DNA of 18,595 nucleotides, from the NCBI GenBank assembly GCA_044450345.1, contig JBIOIY010000059.1, forward strand, positions 1-18,595, read 5' to 3'. The stretch comes from Thermodesulfovibrionales bacterium (GTDB lineage Bacteria; Nitrospirota; Thermodesulfovibrionia; Thermodesulfovibrionales; UBA6898). Below, piece by piece: positions 6,853 through 14,283 of this stretch. Below the pieces are notes generated by a model. The model was not told the DNA's origin, searched no databases, and saw only the letters and a program-made list of their open reading frames with translations. The translations under genes were made by a program, and so were the position numbers. How positions within the stretch are numbered: the first letter of the stretch is position 1; the number at the start of each line of letters is the position of its first letter.

Positions 6853-9188
6853 ACCCCTGTCCCATACTACTCGGCTTGTTCCAGAAAAGGATAGAAGGCG
6901 ATGATGCCCTGCTACGGCTGGCGGCGCTGCGCTTCAGGGAAGCCAGGATGGGCGCCGAATATTACGTCGAATCCGCCGGAGAGCTCGAATGGCTGCTCGG
7001 CTTCAGGCCGTTTCATGATGCGCCTGTAGTCGTCCATCTGCCCCGTGGCGTAAACATATTCGATGAACCGTCGAGGCGGTTGATTATCGATTTCGCGGAG
7101 GGGTTCAGAGACAGGGTCTACGGCCTGGTGGTCCATGACCGGAACGTTGTCCCTTTACGTATGAATGAATATCTCGAGGCCTTGAGGGGACTGAATTCCG
7201 GCCTTAGGGCAATTGAGGGTGCGCCTCTCCTTTTTATCGAATACGCCGCGGGACTTGATCCTGAGGCATTCATACATATATTTAAGGCGATACCCGACCT
7301 TGAACACGTCAGTGCATGTGTGGATGTCGGACATATCGGCATTTGGCAGACAAGGACTGAATATTCGAAGAAACACCCGGGCGAAGACGTCTGCTCGCTG
7401 AAGCCTGAAAGTCCCACCCTCGCTTACCTTGTTGAAGACGTGGAAAGCGCGGTCGGGTCCGCACTCGAAAAAGTACTCTCTGTCATTCGGGAACTCGGCA
7501 TGATCGGAAAGCCGCTGCATTTTCATCTTCACGACGGCCACCCGCTCTCTGCATTCAGTCCCTACGGAGTCTCTGACCATCTCAGCTTTCTGACTGAGAT
7601 CCCTGTCCCTTTCGAGCATCATGGCAGGAAATCTCTCCCCCTGATGTTCGGACAGTCCGGGCTTTCCCGGATCGTCAACGAGGCGCTCCTTAAACCAGGG
7701 GCAGACAACGCCTCATTTACGCTGGAGATACATCCGGTTGAAGGGAGGCTGGGATTAGGCAACGCGGCCTACCTCTTTACCCACTGGGCGGACAAGGGCA
7801 ATGCGGAAAGGATGAACTTCTGGCTCTCGGTGATCACAAAGAACCAGAGGCTTCTTCTGAAGGCATGCCCGGAGGCTGAAGAGGTCCGTTACACGAGAAA
7901 GATGGTTATTTATAATTTATTTCCTCTCCTTGCCGGAAAATTTACGGAGTGGGAGGGCCATCTCGCAAGGGCGTCTGAGATGGGTTTCAACTGGGTCTTC
8001 GTCAACCCTATCCAGAGGCCGGGCGCTTCCGGGAGCCTCTATTCCATAGCCGACTATTTCGACTTTAATCCCGTCCTGGTAGACAAAGAAATCGGAAAGC
8101 CGCCGGAGGAGCAGGTGCAGGATGTTGTTAAAAGCGCCGGGAAACTCGGTCTTGCGCTGATGATGGACCTTGTGATCAACCATTGTTCAGTCGATTCCCC
8201 CCTGCTTAAGGTCCATCCGGAGTGGTTTCTTTGGGAATCAAAAGGCCGGGTTGCACACCCTTTCGCAGACGAAAACGGGAAAAAAGTTGTCTGGAAAGAC
8301 CTCGCGAAGTTCGACCACAGGAACACAAGTGATAAAGAAGGCCTCTATCAATATTTCTTCGAGATAGTGAAATTCCTCGCCGGGCTCGGCTTCAGGGGGT
8401 TCAGGTGCGACGCGGCATATCAGTTGCCGAGGGGGCTTTGGGAAAGGCTCATCGATGATACGAAGAAGGCATATCCGGACGCGCTGTTTTTTGCAGAGAC
8501 CCTCGGGAACCCCCCGGACCTCACGAGAAAGACCGCAAGCGCGGGGTTCGACTATATCTTCAACAGCTCAAAATGGTGGGACTTCTACGGCCACTGGCTA
8601 ATGAAGCAGTATGCCCTCACCAGGGACATCGCACCTTCGATAAGCTTTTCCGAGAGCCACGATACCATAAGGCTCGCGGAAGAGGTCAACGGGAACGTGG
8701 AAGGGCTTAAGCAGCGCTATCTCTTCTCAGCGCTTTTTTCGGGCGGGGTCATGATGCCTATGGGGTACGAATTCGGGTTCAAAAAAAGGCTTCATGTAGT
8801 CAAGACAAGACCGGGGGACTGGGAGGACACCGGCCTGGACCTCACAGACTTCATCGGCCGGGTGAACAGGATCAAATCGGAACATGTGATATTCCAGGAG
8901 GACGCCCCCACGGAAATGCTCTATCACGAAAACCCCAATGTCCTCCTCATGTGGAAGGCGTCGACCCACACCCGGGAAGAGTCGCTCCTCATCCTCAACA
9001 AAGACATTTACCGCTCACAGCACTTCTATGCCGACAGCCTTCAGAAATATCTTCAGGCCGGTGCGCCGCTTATCGACATATCTCCTGAAAACCCTCTCGA
9101 CTATATTCCTGCTCCCTTTATCTACGACCTCGCCCCCGGGCAGGGCATCGTGCTCATCACACAGAGAGACCTTCCGGCGGAAGACTGA
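6849..9188 (+). CDS. TIM-barrel (sugar-phosphate isomerase/endonuclease IV-like) domain fused to GH13 alpha-amylase-family catalytic domain
   Basis: 779 aa; ATGA overlap with the upstream gene and AGGAGG RBS. N-half motifs: VVHLP, FIEY, VDVGH, HFHLHDGH, SDHL, TLEIH. From M352 (nt 7902) GH13 regions: VFVNPI, SLYSIADY, MDLVINH, GFRCDAA (D521), FAETL (E550), SESHD (D605). Catalytic triad intact. Confidence 0.88.
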   Translation: MNPCPILLGLFQKRIEGDDALLRLAALRFREARMGAEYYVESAGELEWLLGFRPFHDAPVVVHLPRGVNIFDEPSRRLIIDFAEGFRDRVYGLVVHDRNVVPLRMNEYLEALRGLNSGLRAIEGAPLLFIEYAAGLDPEAFIHIFKAIPDLEHVSACVDVGHIGIWQTRTEYSKKHPGEDVCSLKPESPTLAYLVEDVESAVGSALEKVLSVIRELGMIGKPLHFHLHDGHPLSAFSPYGVSDHLSFLTEIPVPFEHHGRKSLPLMFGQSGLSRIVNEALLKPGADNASFTLEIHPVEGRLGLGNAAYLFTHWADKGNAERMNFWLSVITKNQRLLLKACPEAEEVRYTRKMVIYNLFPLLAGKFTEWEGHLARASEMGFNWVFVNPIQRPGASGSLYSIADYFDFNPVLVDKEIGKPPEEQVQDVVKSAGKLGLALMMDLVINHCSVDSPLLKVHPEWFLWESKGRVAHPFADENGKKVVWKDLAKFDHRNTSDKEGLYQYFFEIVKFLAGLGFRGFRCDAAYQLPRGLWERLIDDTKKAYPDALFFAETLGNPPDLTRKTASAGFDYIFNSSKWWDFYGHWLMKQYALTRDIAPSISFSESHDTIRLAEEVNGNVEGLKQRYLFSALFSGGVMMPMGYEFGFKKRLHVVKTRPGDWEDTGLDLTDFIGRVNRIKSEHVIFQEDAPTEMLYHENPNVLLMWKASTHTREESLLILNKDIYRSQHFYADSLQKYLQAGAPLIDISPENPLDYIPAPFIYDLAPGQGIVLITQRDLPAED

Positions 9189-9244
9189 CCTCATTCATAG
9201 ATATTCGACACTGGGAAGACCCTGCGTCCTTCGCTGATTGGTCA

Positions 9245-9262
9245 GCAAAGACCCATCTTTGC
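9245..9262 (+). terminator. possible terminator hairpin after the dikinase operon
   Basis: GCAAAGA-CCCA-TCTTTGC is a perfect 7-bp stem; no directly adjacent U tract. Confidence 0.25.
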
Positions 9263-9288
9263 AGGTCCCCTTTTCAAAGGCGTTTTTC

Positions 9289-9318
9289 TTGACTATTCGT
9301 CACGGGCTCTGCTAATCT
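9289..9318 (+). promoter_or_regulatory. putative sigma70 promoter of dksA
   Basis: TTGACT (9289-9294), 18 nt, then TAATCT (9313-9318) preceded by TGn. RBS GAGGAG at 9333-9338. Confidence 0.55.
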
Positions 9319-9343
9319 ATTCAATCCTAATTGAGGAGTCTTT

Positions 9344-9961
9344 ATGGCCAAGATCAAGAGCACCAAAACCAAAAAAATTGTGGGCAAAACGAAAACTATG
9401 AAAACGAAATCATCGACTCTGAAGGTGAAGAAAACGCCTCCGAAGGTGAAGACAGCGCCTCCGAAGAAGGGGAAGAAAGCGGCCGTTGCCGCCAAGTCCC
9501 CGAAGAAGAAAGCCGGCCCGCCCCCGAAGAAGATTTCTCGCAAGGCACCTGTATCAGAAGCACCTGCAAAAAAATCCAATAAGACCAAGACAAAGCTATC
9601 TGCCCGCGAGGAAAAGATCCAGCAGATCAGGTCAAAACTTCTCAGGCAACGTGAGACCTTGCTGAGCGAGGCCGAAACAGCACTGAATGAACTTCCCGTC
9701 GAGATGATGTTCCCTGACCTGGGCGACCAGGCCACGGCTGAAACCGACAGGAACTTTATGCTGAGACTCCGCGGGAGAGAGCAGCGCCTTTTGAAAAAGA
9801 TCGATGAGGCAATAGACCGCATCGAGAGCGGTATATTCGGCATCTGCGACGACTGCGGAAATGAAATTGACGTGAAGCGGCTCGAGGCAAGGCCTGTGAC
9901 CACCATGTGCATCGAATGTAAGACACTCCAGGAAGAAGAAGAAAGGCTCAGGGAGCAATAA
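9344..9961 (+). CDS. dksA: RNA polymerase-binding transcription factor DksA with Lys-rich N-terminal extension
   Basis: Coiled-coil tip DLGDQA (DxxDxA); zinc finger CDDC...RLEARP...CIEC; GAGGAG RBS. Confidence 0.92.
   Translation: MAKIKSTKTKKIVGKTKTMKTKSSTLKVKKTPPKVKTAPPKKGKKAAVAAKSPKKKAGPPPKKISRKAPVSEAPAKKSNKTKTKLSAREEKIQQIRSKLLRQRETLLSEAETALNELPVEMMFPDLGDQATAETDRNFMLRLRGREQRLLKKIDEAIDRIESGIFGICDDCGNEIDVKRLEARPVTTMCIECKTLQEEEERLREQ
9414..9476 (+). repeat. imperfect 21-bp tandem repeat (about 3 copies) inside the dksA Lys-rich tail
   Basis: cgactctgaaggtgaagaaaa / cgcctccgaaggtgaagacag / cgcctccgaagaaggggaaga. Confidence 0.6.
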
Positions 9962-9971
9962 AGGCTTAGAT

Positions 9972-10691
9972 TCAGAACGTCTTCGTCTTAAGATTCCTTT
10001 CCATAATATAACGAATATGTTCGTCCAACACCTTCGAAAGTCCTGAAACAAGGGCATCTGAAGGTTTCAAGCGGTGCAGCTTCGAAGCATCCCATCCACG
10101 CAAAGTAGTGTAAAGACTTATTGTTCCCTGGGACAGACGCAGTGAAGACGCATTGCCCTTTGCGCAGGCTTCGCAGAGGACGGTGCCGTGGGAAAGATAA
10201 AAGACGTCTCCGTCCTTACCGCACCTGCCGCATCCGCTGAGCATCGGCAGATACCCCGCAACCTCCAGCAGCCTCAATTTATAGTAAAGAGGCAGCAGAC
10301 CGGCGTCGCAATCGGTCTCCGCCGCGTGAAGGGCGTCCAGGAACAGGGAATAGATCTTCTTGTTTCGCTCCCTCTCGGGAATAAAGTGCAGCGTCAATTC
10401 TATCATCTCCGAAACCTTCAAAAAACATTTTAGTCCGCTCCTGACAGTATCGAAGGGATGGATAATGTCCGCCTGGGTAAGCCGCGGAAGCGCCGCGTCC
10501 TCCTTGCCCCAGAAAGCGATATTCGCACGGGTGAAGGGTTCGAGACTGCTTCCAAACCTGCTTTTGATCTTACGGGGACTTTTTGCAAAGGCCCTGACGA
10601 TGCCATAGTCGCTCGTCAGGTATGTTACGATGAGGTCTGCTTCTCCGAAGGGGATGGTCTTCAGGACGATGCCTTCTGTCCTGTGCAGCAT
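9972..10691 (-). CDS. recO: DNA repair protein RecO
   Basis: TEGIVLK..PFGEADLIV..LT..YG, AKSPRKIKSRFGSSLEPF, and CGRC...CEAC Zn finger. ATG at 10691 overlaps the upstream TGA; the ORF-track start at 10694 is a GTG one codon earlier. Confidence 0.95.
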   Translation of the reverse strand: MLHRTEGIVLKTIPFGEADLIVTYLTSDYGIVRAFAKSPRKIKSRFGSSLEPFTRANIAFWGKEDAALPRLTQADIIHPFDTVRSGLKCFLKVSEMIELTLHFIPERERNKKIYSLFLDALHAAETDCDAGLLPLYYKLRLLEVAGYLPMLSGCGRCGKDGDVFYLSHGTVLCEACAKGNASSLRLSQGTISLYTTLRGWDASKLHRLKPSDALVSGLSKVLDEHIRYIMERNLKTKTF

Positions 10692-11143
10692 CACATAATA
10701 TTTCCGAAGTCTTCAGGCTTAAGGTTCTTCAGCCATTCGTCAAGCTCATCTGCCGTCCTCGTCGCCATAATACTGTCCTCCACAAAAATCGGAGCGCTTG
10801 CCCTAAGGGCGACCGCCACCGCATCGCTCGGCCGCGAATCGATCAGGGTCTCTTTCTTGCCGTCGTTAACGTGGATAAGGGCGTAATAGGTGTTATCTAT
10901 TATCTCCGTCACCACTATCTTCGTGATCTTGACCTTCAGTCCATCAGTGATATTTTTCACAAGGTCATGGGTCAGGGGCCTTGGCGTGGCGACCTTTCCG
11001 AGCGCAAGGGCGATAGAGTCCGCCTCGGGTTTCCCGATCCAGATCGGGAGGGTGCCGGAAGCGTCCACTTCCTTCAGAAGGAGAATGTACATATTGCTCC
11101 GGGGGTCGAAGAGAAGACCCTCTACTTTCATTTCTACAAGCAT
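10691..11143 (-). CDS. bifunctional nuclease family protein (DUF151)
   Basis: LPIWIGKPEADSIA, RPLTHDL and IDSRPSDAVAVALR motifs; translationally coupled between era and recO. Confidence 0.92.
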   Translation of the reverse strand: MLVEMKVEGLLFDPRSNMYILLLKEVDASGTLPIWIGKPEADSIALALGKVATPRPLTHDLVKNITDGLKVKITKIVVTEIIDNTYYALIHVNDGKKETLIDSRPSDAVAVALRASAPIFVEDSIMATRTADELDEWLKNLKPEDFGNIM

Positions 11144-12031
11144 CTATTTATACCCCAATTCATGTAATGCCTTTTTGTCGTCACGCCACCCCTTTTTTAC
11201 CTTCACCCATAATTGGAGAAAAACCTTTGCGTCGAGAAGTCTTTCGATTTCGATGCGGGCGAGCGTGCCTACTTCTTTCAGCATCCTGCCTTTTTCACCT
11301 ATTATTATACCCTTTTGCCCCTCTCTTTCAACATATATATTCGCACTTATGGAAACGACGCCGTCCTCCCGCTCGGTCCAGTCCTGGACTTCGACTGCAA
11401 CGGAATAGGGGATTTCCTCTGTGGTTTTCCCCATTATCTTTTCTCTTATTATCTCCGCAGCCATAAACCTCTCGACCTGGTCAGTCACAAGATCGTCCGG
11501 ATAATACTGAGGCCCCGCCGGAAGGTACTCGAGAATTTTTTCTACCACCCTGTCGGTCCCGTCCTTCTTGAGAGCAGATACCGGGATAATCTCCCTGAAG
11601 GGTAAAAGTCCCTTGTACTGACCTATGATACGAAGTATCTCAGGTTTCTTGACGCTGTCTATCTTGTTGATCAAAAGGAAAACAGGCTTGTCTATATTTT
11701 GCAGAGACTGGACAATAATGCTGTCCTTCCCGGCATCATGCCCGGGCTCCGCCACAAAGAGGATGATGTCTATTTCCTGAAGTGCCTCGCGCGCAGAATT
11801 GACCATCGCCTCTCCGAGAAGGTTCTTGGGTCTGTGCATGCCGGGCGTGTCGATGAAAATGATCTGGGCCCCCGGAAGGTTCTTGATCCCCAGTATCCTG
11901 TTTCTGGTGGTCTGAGGTCTTGCAGCAACAATCGAGACCTTCTGTCCGAGAAAGGCGTTGAGGAGAGTAGATTTCCCTACATTAGGTCTGCCGATAATCG
12001 AAACGTATCCTGAACGAAAAGACCCTTGCAT
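11144..12031 (-). CDS. era: GTPase Era
   Basis: GRPNVGKST, PQTTR, DTPG, NKID, and KH-domain EIIREK...EEIPYS...GIIIGEKG. Confidence 0.97.
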   Translation of the reverse strand: MQGSFRSGYVSIIGRPNVGKSTLLNAFLGQKVSIVAARPQTTRNRILGIKNLPGAQIIFIDTPGMHRPKNLLGEAMVNSAREALQEIDIILFVAEPGHDAGKDSIIVQSLQNIDKPVFLLINKIDSVKKPEILRIIGQYKGLLPFREIIPVSALKKDGTDRVVEKILEYLPAGPQYYPDDLVTDQVERFMAAEIIREKIMGKTTEEIPYSVAVEVQDWTEREDGVVSISANIYVEREGQKGIIIGEKGRMLKEVGTLARIEIERLLDAKVFLQLWVKVKKGWRDDKKALHELGYK

Positions 12032-12036
12032 CTGGA

Positions 12037-13230
12037 TTATGGCGTGAGTTTACCCAAAGCCTCTTTTATCCTCACGACCCCCCTTTTGATGTCGTCGAGA
12101 GACGTCGCGTACGAAAGTCGGACATAGTTGTCGTCCCCGAACGCAGAGCCGTGGACAAGGGCAACATTGGCCTCATCAAGGAGGTAGAGAGCGAGGTCTG
12201 CCGAGGACGATATCTCTCTGTCCCCGAATTTTTTCCCATACAGTCCTGAGGTATTCGGGAAGGCGTAAAAAGCGCCTTCGGGCATGATACAGGTTATCCC
12301 TTGTATCTTATTCAGTTCCTCAACGAGATAGCGTCTTCTCTTGTCGAATTCGGTCCGCATCGTCAGGACAAAATCCTGCGGCCCCCGCAAGGCCTCAATC
12401 GCCGCTTTTTGCGAGATCGAAGTCGGGTTGGAGGTCGACTGGCTCTGAATGTTCGTCATCGCCTTGACGATATGCGCAGGGCCTGCCGCATATCCTATTC
12501 GCCACCCGGTCATCGCGTGCGATTTCGAGAGACCATTGATGACGATCGTCTTCCGCTTCACCTCATCACCGAGAGACGCTATGCTGATATGGCCCTTATC
12601 TCCGTAGATAAGTTTTTCATAAATTTCATCCGAGACAATATAAAAATTGTACCGGAGGGCCAACTCCGCTATCTTTTCGAGGGCCTTTCTGTCATAGACC
12701 ATACCCGTAGGGTTCGAGGGTGAATTCAGTATCAGGGCCTTTGTCTTTCCTGTTATCTTTTCCTCGAGCGCCTCCGGCCTCATCATAAAGGAGTCCGCTT
12801 CATATGTTTTGACAAACACAGGGACCGCATCATTCAGGAGAACCTGGTCCGGGTACGACACCCAGTAAGGTGAAGGGATTATCACTTCATCCCCCTGCCC
12901 GTAAAGCGCCTGCGCAACATTATAAAGGGAATGCTTCGCGCCCGCAGACACGATAATTTCTTCCCGTTTGTATGAAAGACCGTTGTCGTTTTTCAGCTTG
13001 TCGATGATCGCATCCTTCAGCGGATCAATCCCCCCCACTGCGGTATACTTGGTAAAACCGTCTTTCATCGCCTTAGCAGCCGCCTCTTTTATGTGTTCCG
13101 GCGTGTCGAAGTCCGGCTCGCCCACGCCGAAGCTTATCACATCGATTCCAGAGGCCTTCATAGACTTGGCCTTTGAATCGATGGCCAATGTAGGCGAAGG
13201 TTTAATTTTTCCAGCCCTGTCAGAAAGCAT
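12037..13230 (-). CDS. aspC: PLP-dependent class I aminotransferase (aspartate aminotransferase-like)
   Basis: GEPDFDTP, NSPSNPTG, SDEIYE, GLSKSHAMTGWRIGY (PLP Lys), VRLSYA; AAGGGAG RBS. Exact substrate is inferred. Confidence 0.85.
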   Translation of the reverse strand: MLSDRAGKIKPSPTLAIDSKAKSMKASGIDVISFGVGEPDFDTPEHIKEAAAKAMKDGFTKYTAVGGIDPLKDAIIDKLKNDNGLSYKREEIIVSAGAKHSLYNVAQALYGQGDEVIIPSPYWVSYPDQVLLNDAVPVFVKTYEADSFMMRPEALEEKITGKTKALILNSPSNPTGMVYDRKALEKIAELALRYNFYIVSDEIYEKLIYGDKGHISIASLGDEVKRKTIVINGLSKSHAMTGWRIGYAAGPAHIVKAMTNIQSQSTSNPTSISQKAAIEALRGPQDFVLTMRTEFDKRRRYLVEELNKIQGITCIMPEGAFYAFPNTSGLYGKKFGDREISSSADLALYLLDEANVALVHGSAFGDDNYVRLSYATSLDDIKRGVVRIKEALGKLTP

Positions 13231-13287
13231 CTATCTCCCTTTCAAGAAATAATTTTTTGATATGTTATCACATTTGGGGAGATTAAT

Positions 13288-13338
13288 GAAAACGAAGGCC
13301 GCAGAACATTATCCATGATATCGAAATGCCCTGCGGCC
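13288..13338 (-). terminator. Rho-independent terminator downstream of the peroxiredoxin
   Basis: Minus strand GGCCGCAGGGCAUU...AAUGUUCUGCGGCC (14-bp stem with two G-U pairs) followed by UUCGUUUUC. Confidence 0.7.
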
Positions 13339-13363
13339 AATCAAAACCTATCGGACGGCGAAA

Positions 13364-13975
13364 TTACTTGAGTGCCTCGTATACCCTTCCGACCATCTCC
13401 GCAGACGGTTTCAGCGTTTTGTCACCTTCTTCTTTCCATTTTACCGGGCAGGCCTCATCCCCGTGCTGACCGAGATACATATTGGCCTTCACCTTCCTTA
13501 ACAGTTCCTCGATATTCCTTCCAAGATTGTAATAATTCACCTCTGCATTTAAGAGCTTTCCCTCCGGGCTGATAAGGAACGACCCTCTTAGCGCAAGGCC
13601 CGTTGCCTCATCATAGACACCGAACATCCGTGATACGTTGCCGGTGGGATCGGAGGCCATCGTAAATTTCGTCTTCTCAAGCATCTTTTCTTCCCTTTGC
13701 CAGGCAAGATGGACGAACTTCGTGTCCCTGCTGACAGTGACAACCTCCGCCCCCTCCTCCTTGAACCGTGCCTGCAGCTCTGCCAGAGCCGCGAACTCGG
13801 TGGCTCAGACAAAGGTAAAGTCCGCTGGATAGAAAAACAGTACCGTCCATCTCTTTTGGTCCTTCAGTGCCTGCAAACTGATCTCTCCGAAATCGCCTTT
13901 TTCAGGCTCCCATGTCTCCATCTTGAAATCCGGGACGGTGTCCCCGACCCTTAATCCGCAACAGTGTTCTCCCAT
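13364..13975 (-). CDS. prxU: selenocysteine-containing AhpC/Prx1-type peroxiredoxin (203 aa, Sec57)
   Basis: ATG 13975 with AAGGAGGA RBS gives MGEHCCGLRVGDTVPDFKMET...WTVLFFYPADFTFV-UGA-ATEFAALAE... in frame with the ORF-track fragment 13364-13684. The UGA (13805-13807) is at the peroxidatic Cys position. Resolving motif GDEACPVKW. Confidence 0.9.
13774..13792 (-). promoter_or_regulatory. bacterial SECIS-like hairpin
   Basis: GCGGCUCU-GGC-AGAGCUGC: 8-bp stem (one G-U) with a G-containing apical loop, starting 12 nt 3' of the in-frame UGA. Confidence 0.7.
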
Positions 13976-14011
13976 AATTGATCCTCCTTAATTTTGTGTT
14001 CTAAGTAAATT

Positions 14012-14028
14012 CTACTATGAAATAGTAG
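14012..14028. promoter_or_regulatory. perfect 7-3-7 palindrome upstream of prxU (candidate operator)
   Basis: CTACTAT-GAA-ATAGTAG; cognate regulator unknown. Confidence 0.4.
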
Positions 14029-14148
14029 TACTCGATAGTACCTCGATTAATGCTATGTCGATCCCCTCCTAATCTCCTCTATCATGCAGGTCAAGATAGA
14101 TTTATCTCCACGATATATTTATATTCTTTTTAAGTCCCAAAATTTTAA

Positions 14149-14177
14149 TTGACAACTGACCTATTTAGGACTATTAT
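14149..14177 (+). promoter_or_regulatory. sigma70 promoter of cydAB-rrf2
   Basis: TTGACA (14149-14154), 17 nt, TATTAT (14172-14177). Confidence 0.75.
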
Positions 14178-14183
14178 AGTCTT
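14167..14183. promoter_or_regulatory. candidate Rrf2/IscR-type operator overlapping the -10
   Basis: AG-GACTA-TTA-TAGTC-TT; the core matches the IscR type-1 core GACTR-www-YAGTC. An Rrf2 gene lies in the same unit. Confidence 0.55.
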
Positions 14184-14283
14184 CTTTAGGGGCAATATCA
14201 AGTTTCCACAAATTGTATTTGGTCCACTTTCGTGGGAAGATGGTATTGGGACGGCAAAAGAATGGCAACAAAAGGAGGAAACA

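Noticed and set aside
336..9188. Eukaryotic contamination as the source of GWD/PWD
   Set aside because: No introns or transit peptides, overlapping start/stop codons, an SD before gene 3, and continuity with bacterial genes. Read-level assembly was not checkable.
9331..9582. Acidic 83-aa ORF overlapping dksA
   Set aside because: Frame-shifted shadow of the AAG-rich Lys codons; its TTG start sits on the dksA RBS.
9274..9912. 212-aa antisense ORF with Phe-rich hydrophobic segments
   Set aside because: Reverse complement of the Lys-rich dksA; no independent motif.
13364..13684. 106-aa standalone ORF or peroxiredoxin pseudogene
   Set aside because: It is the C-terminal half of the Sec-containing gene starting at 13975; the only interruption is UGA at the catalytic position.
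14149..14283. 45-codon N-terminal extension of CydA in the ORF track (TTG start at 14149)
   Set aside because: That TTG is the -35 box TTGACA. CydA homology and a strong RBS point to ATG 14284.
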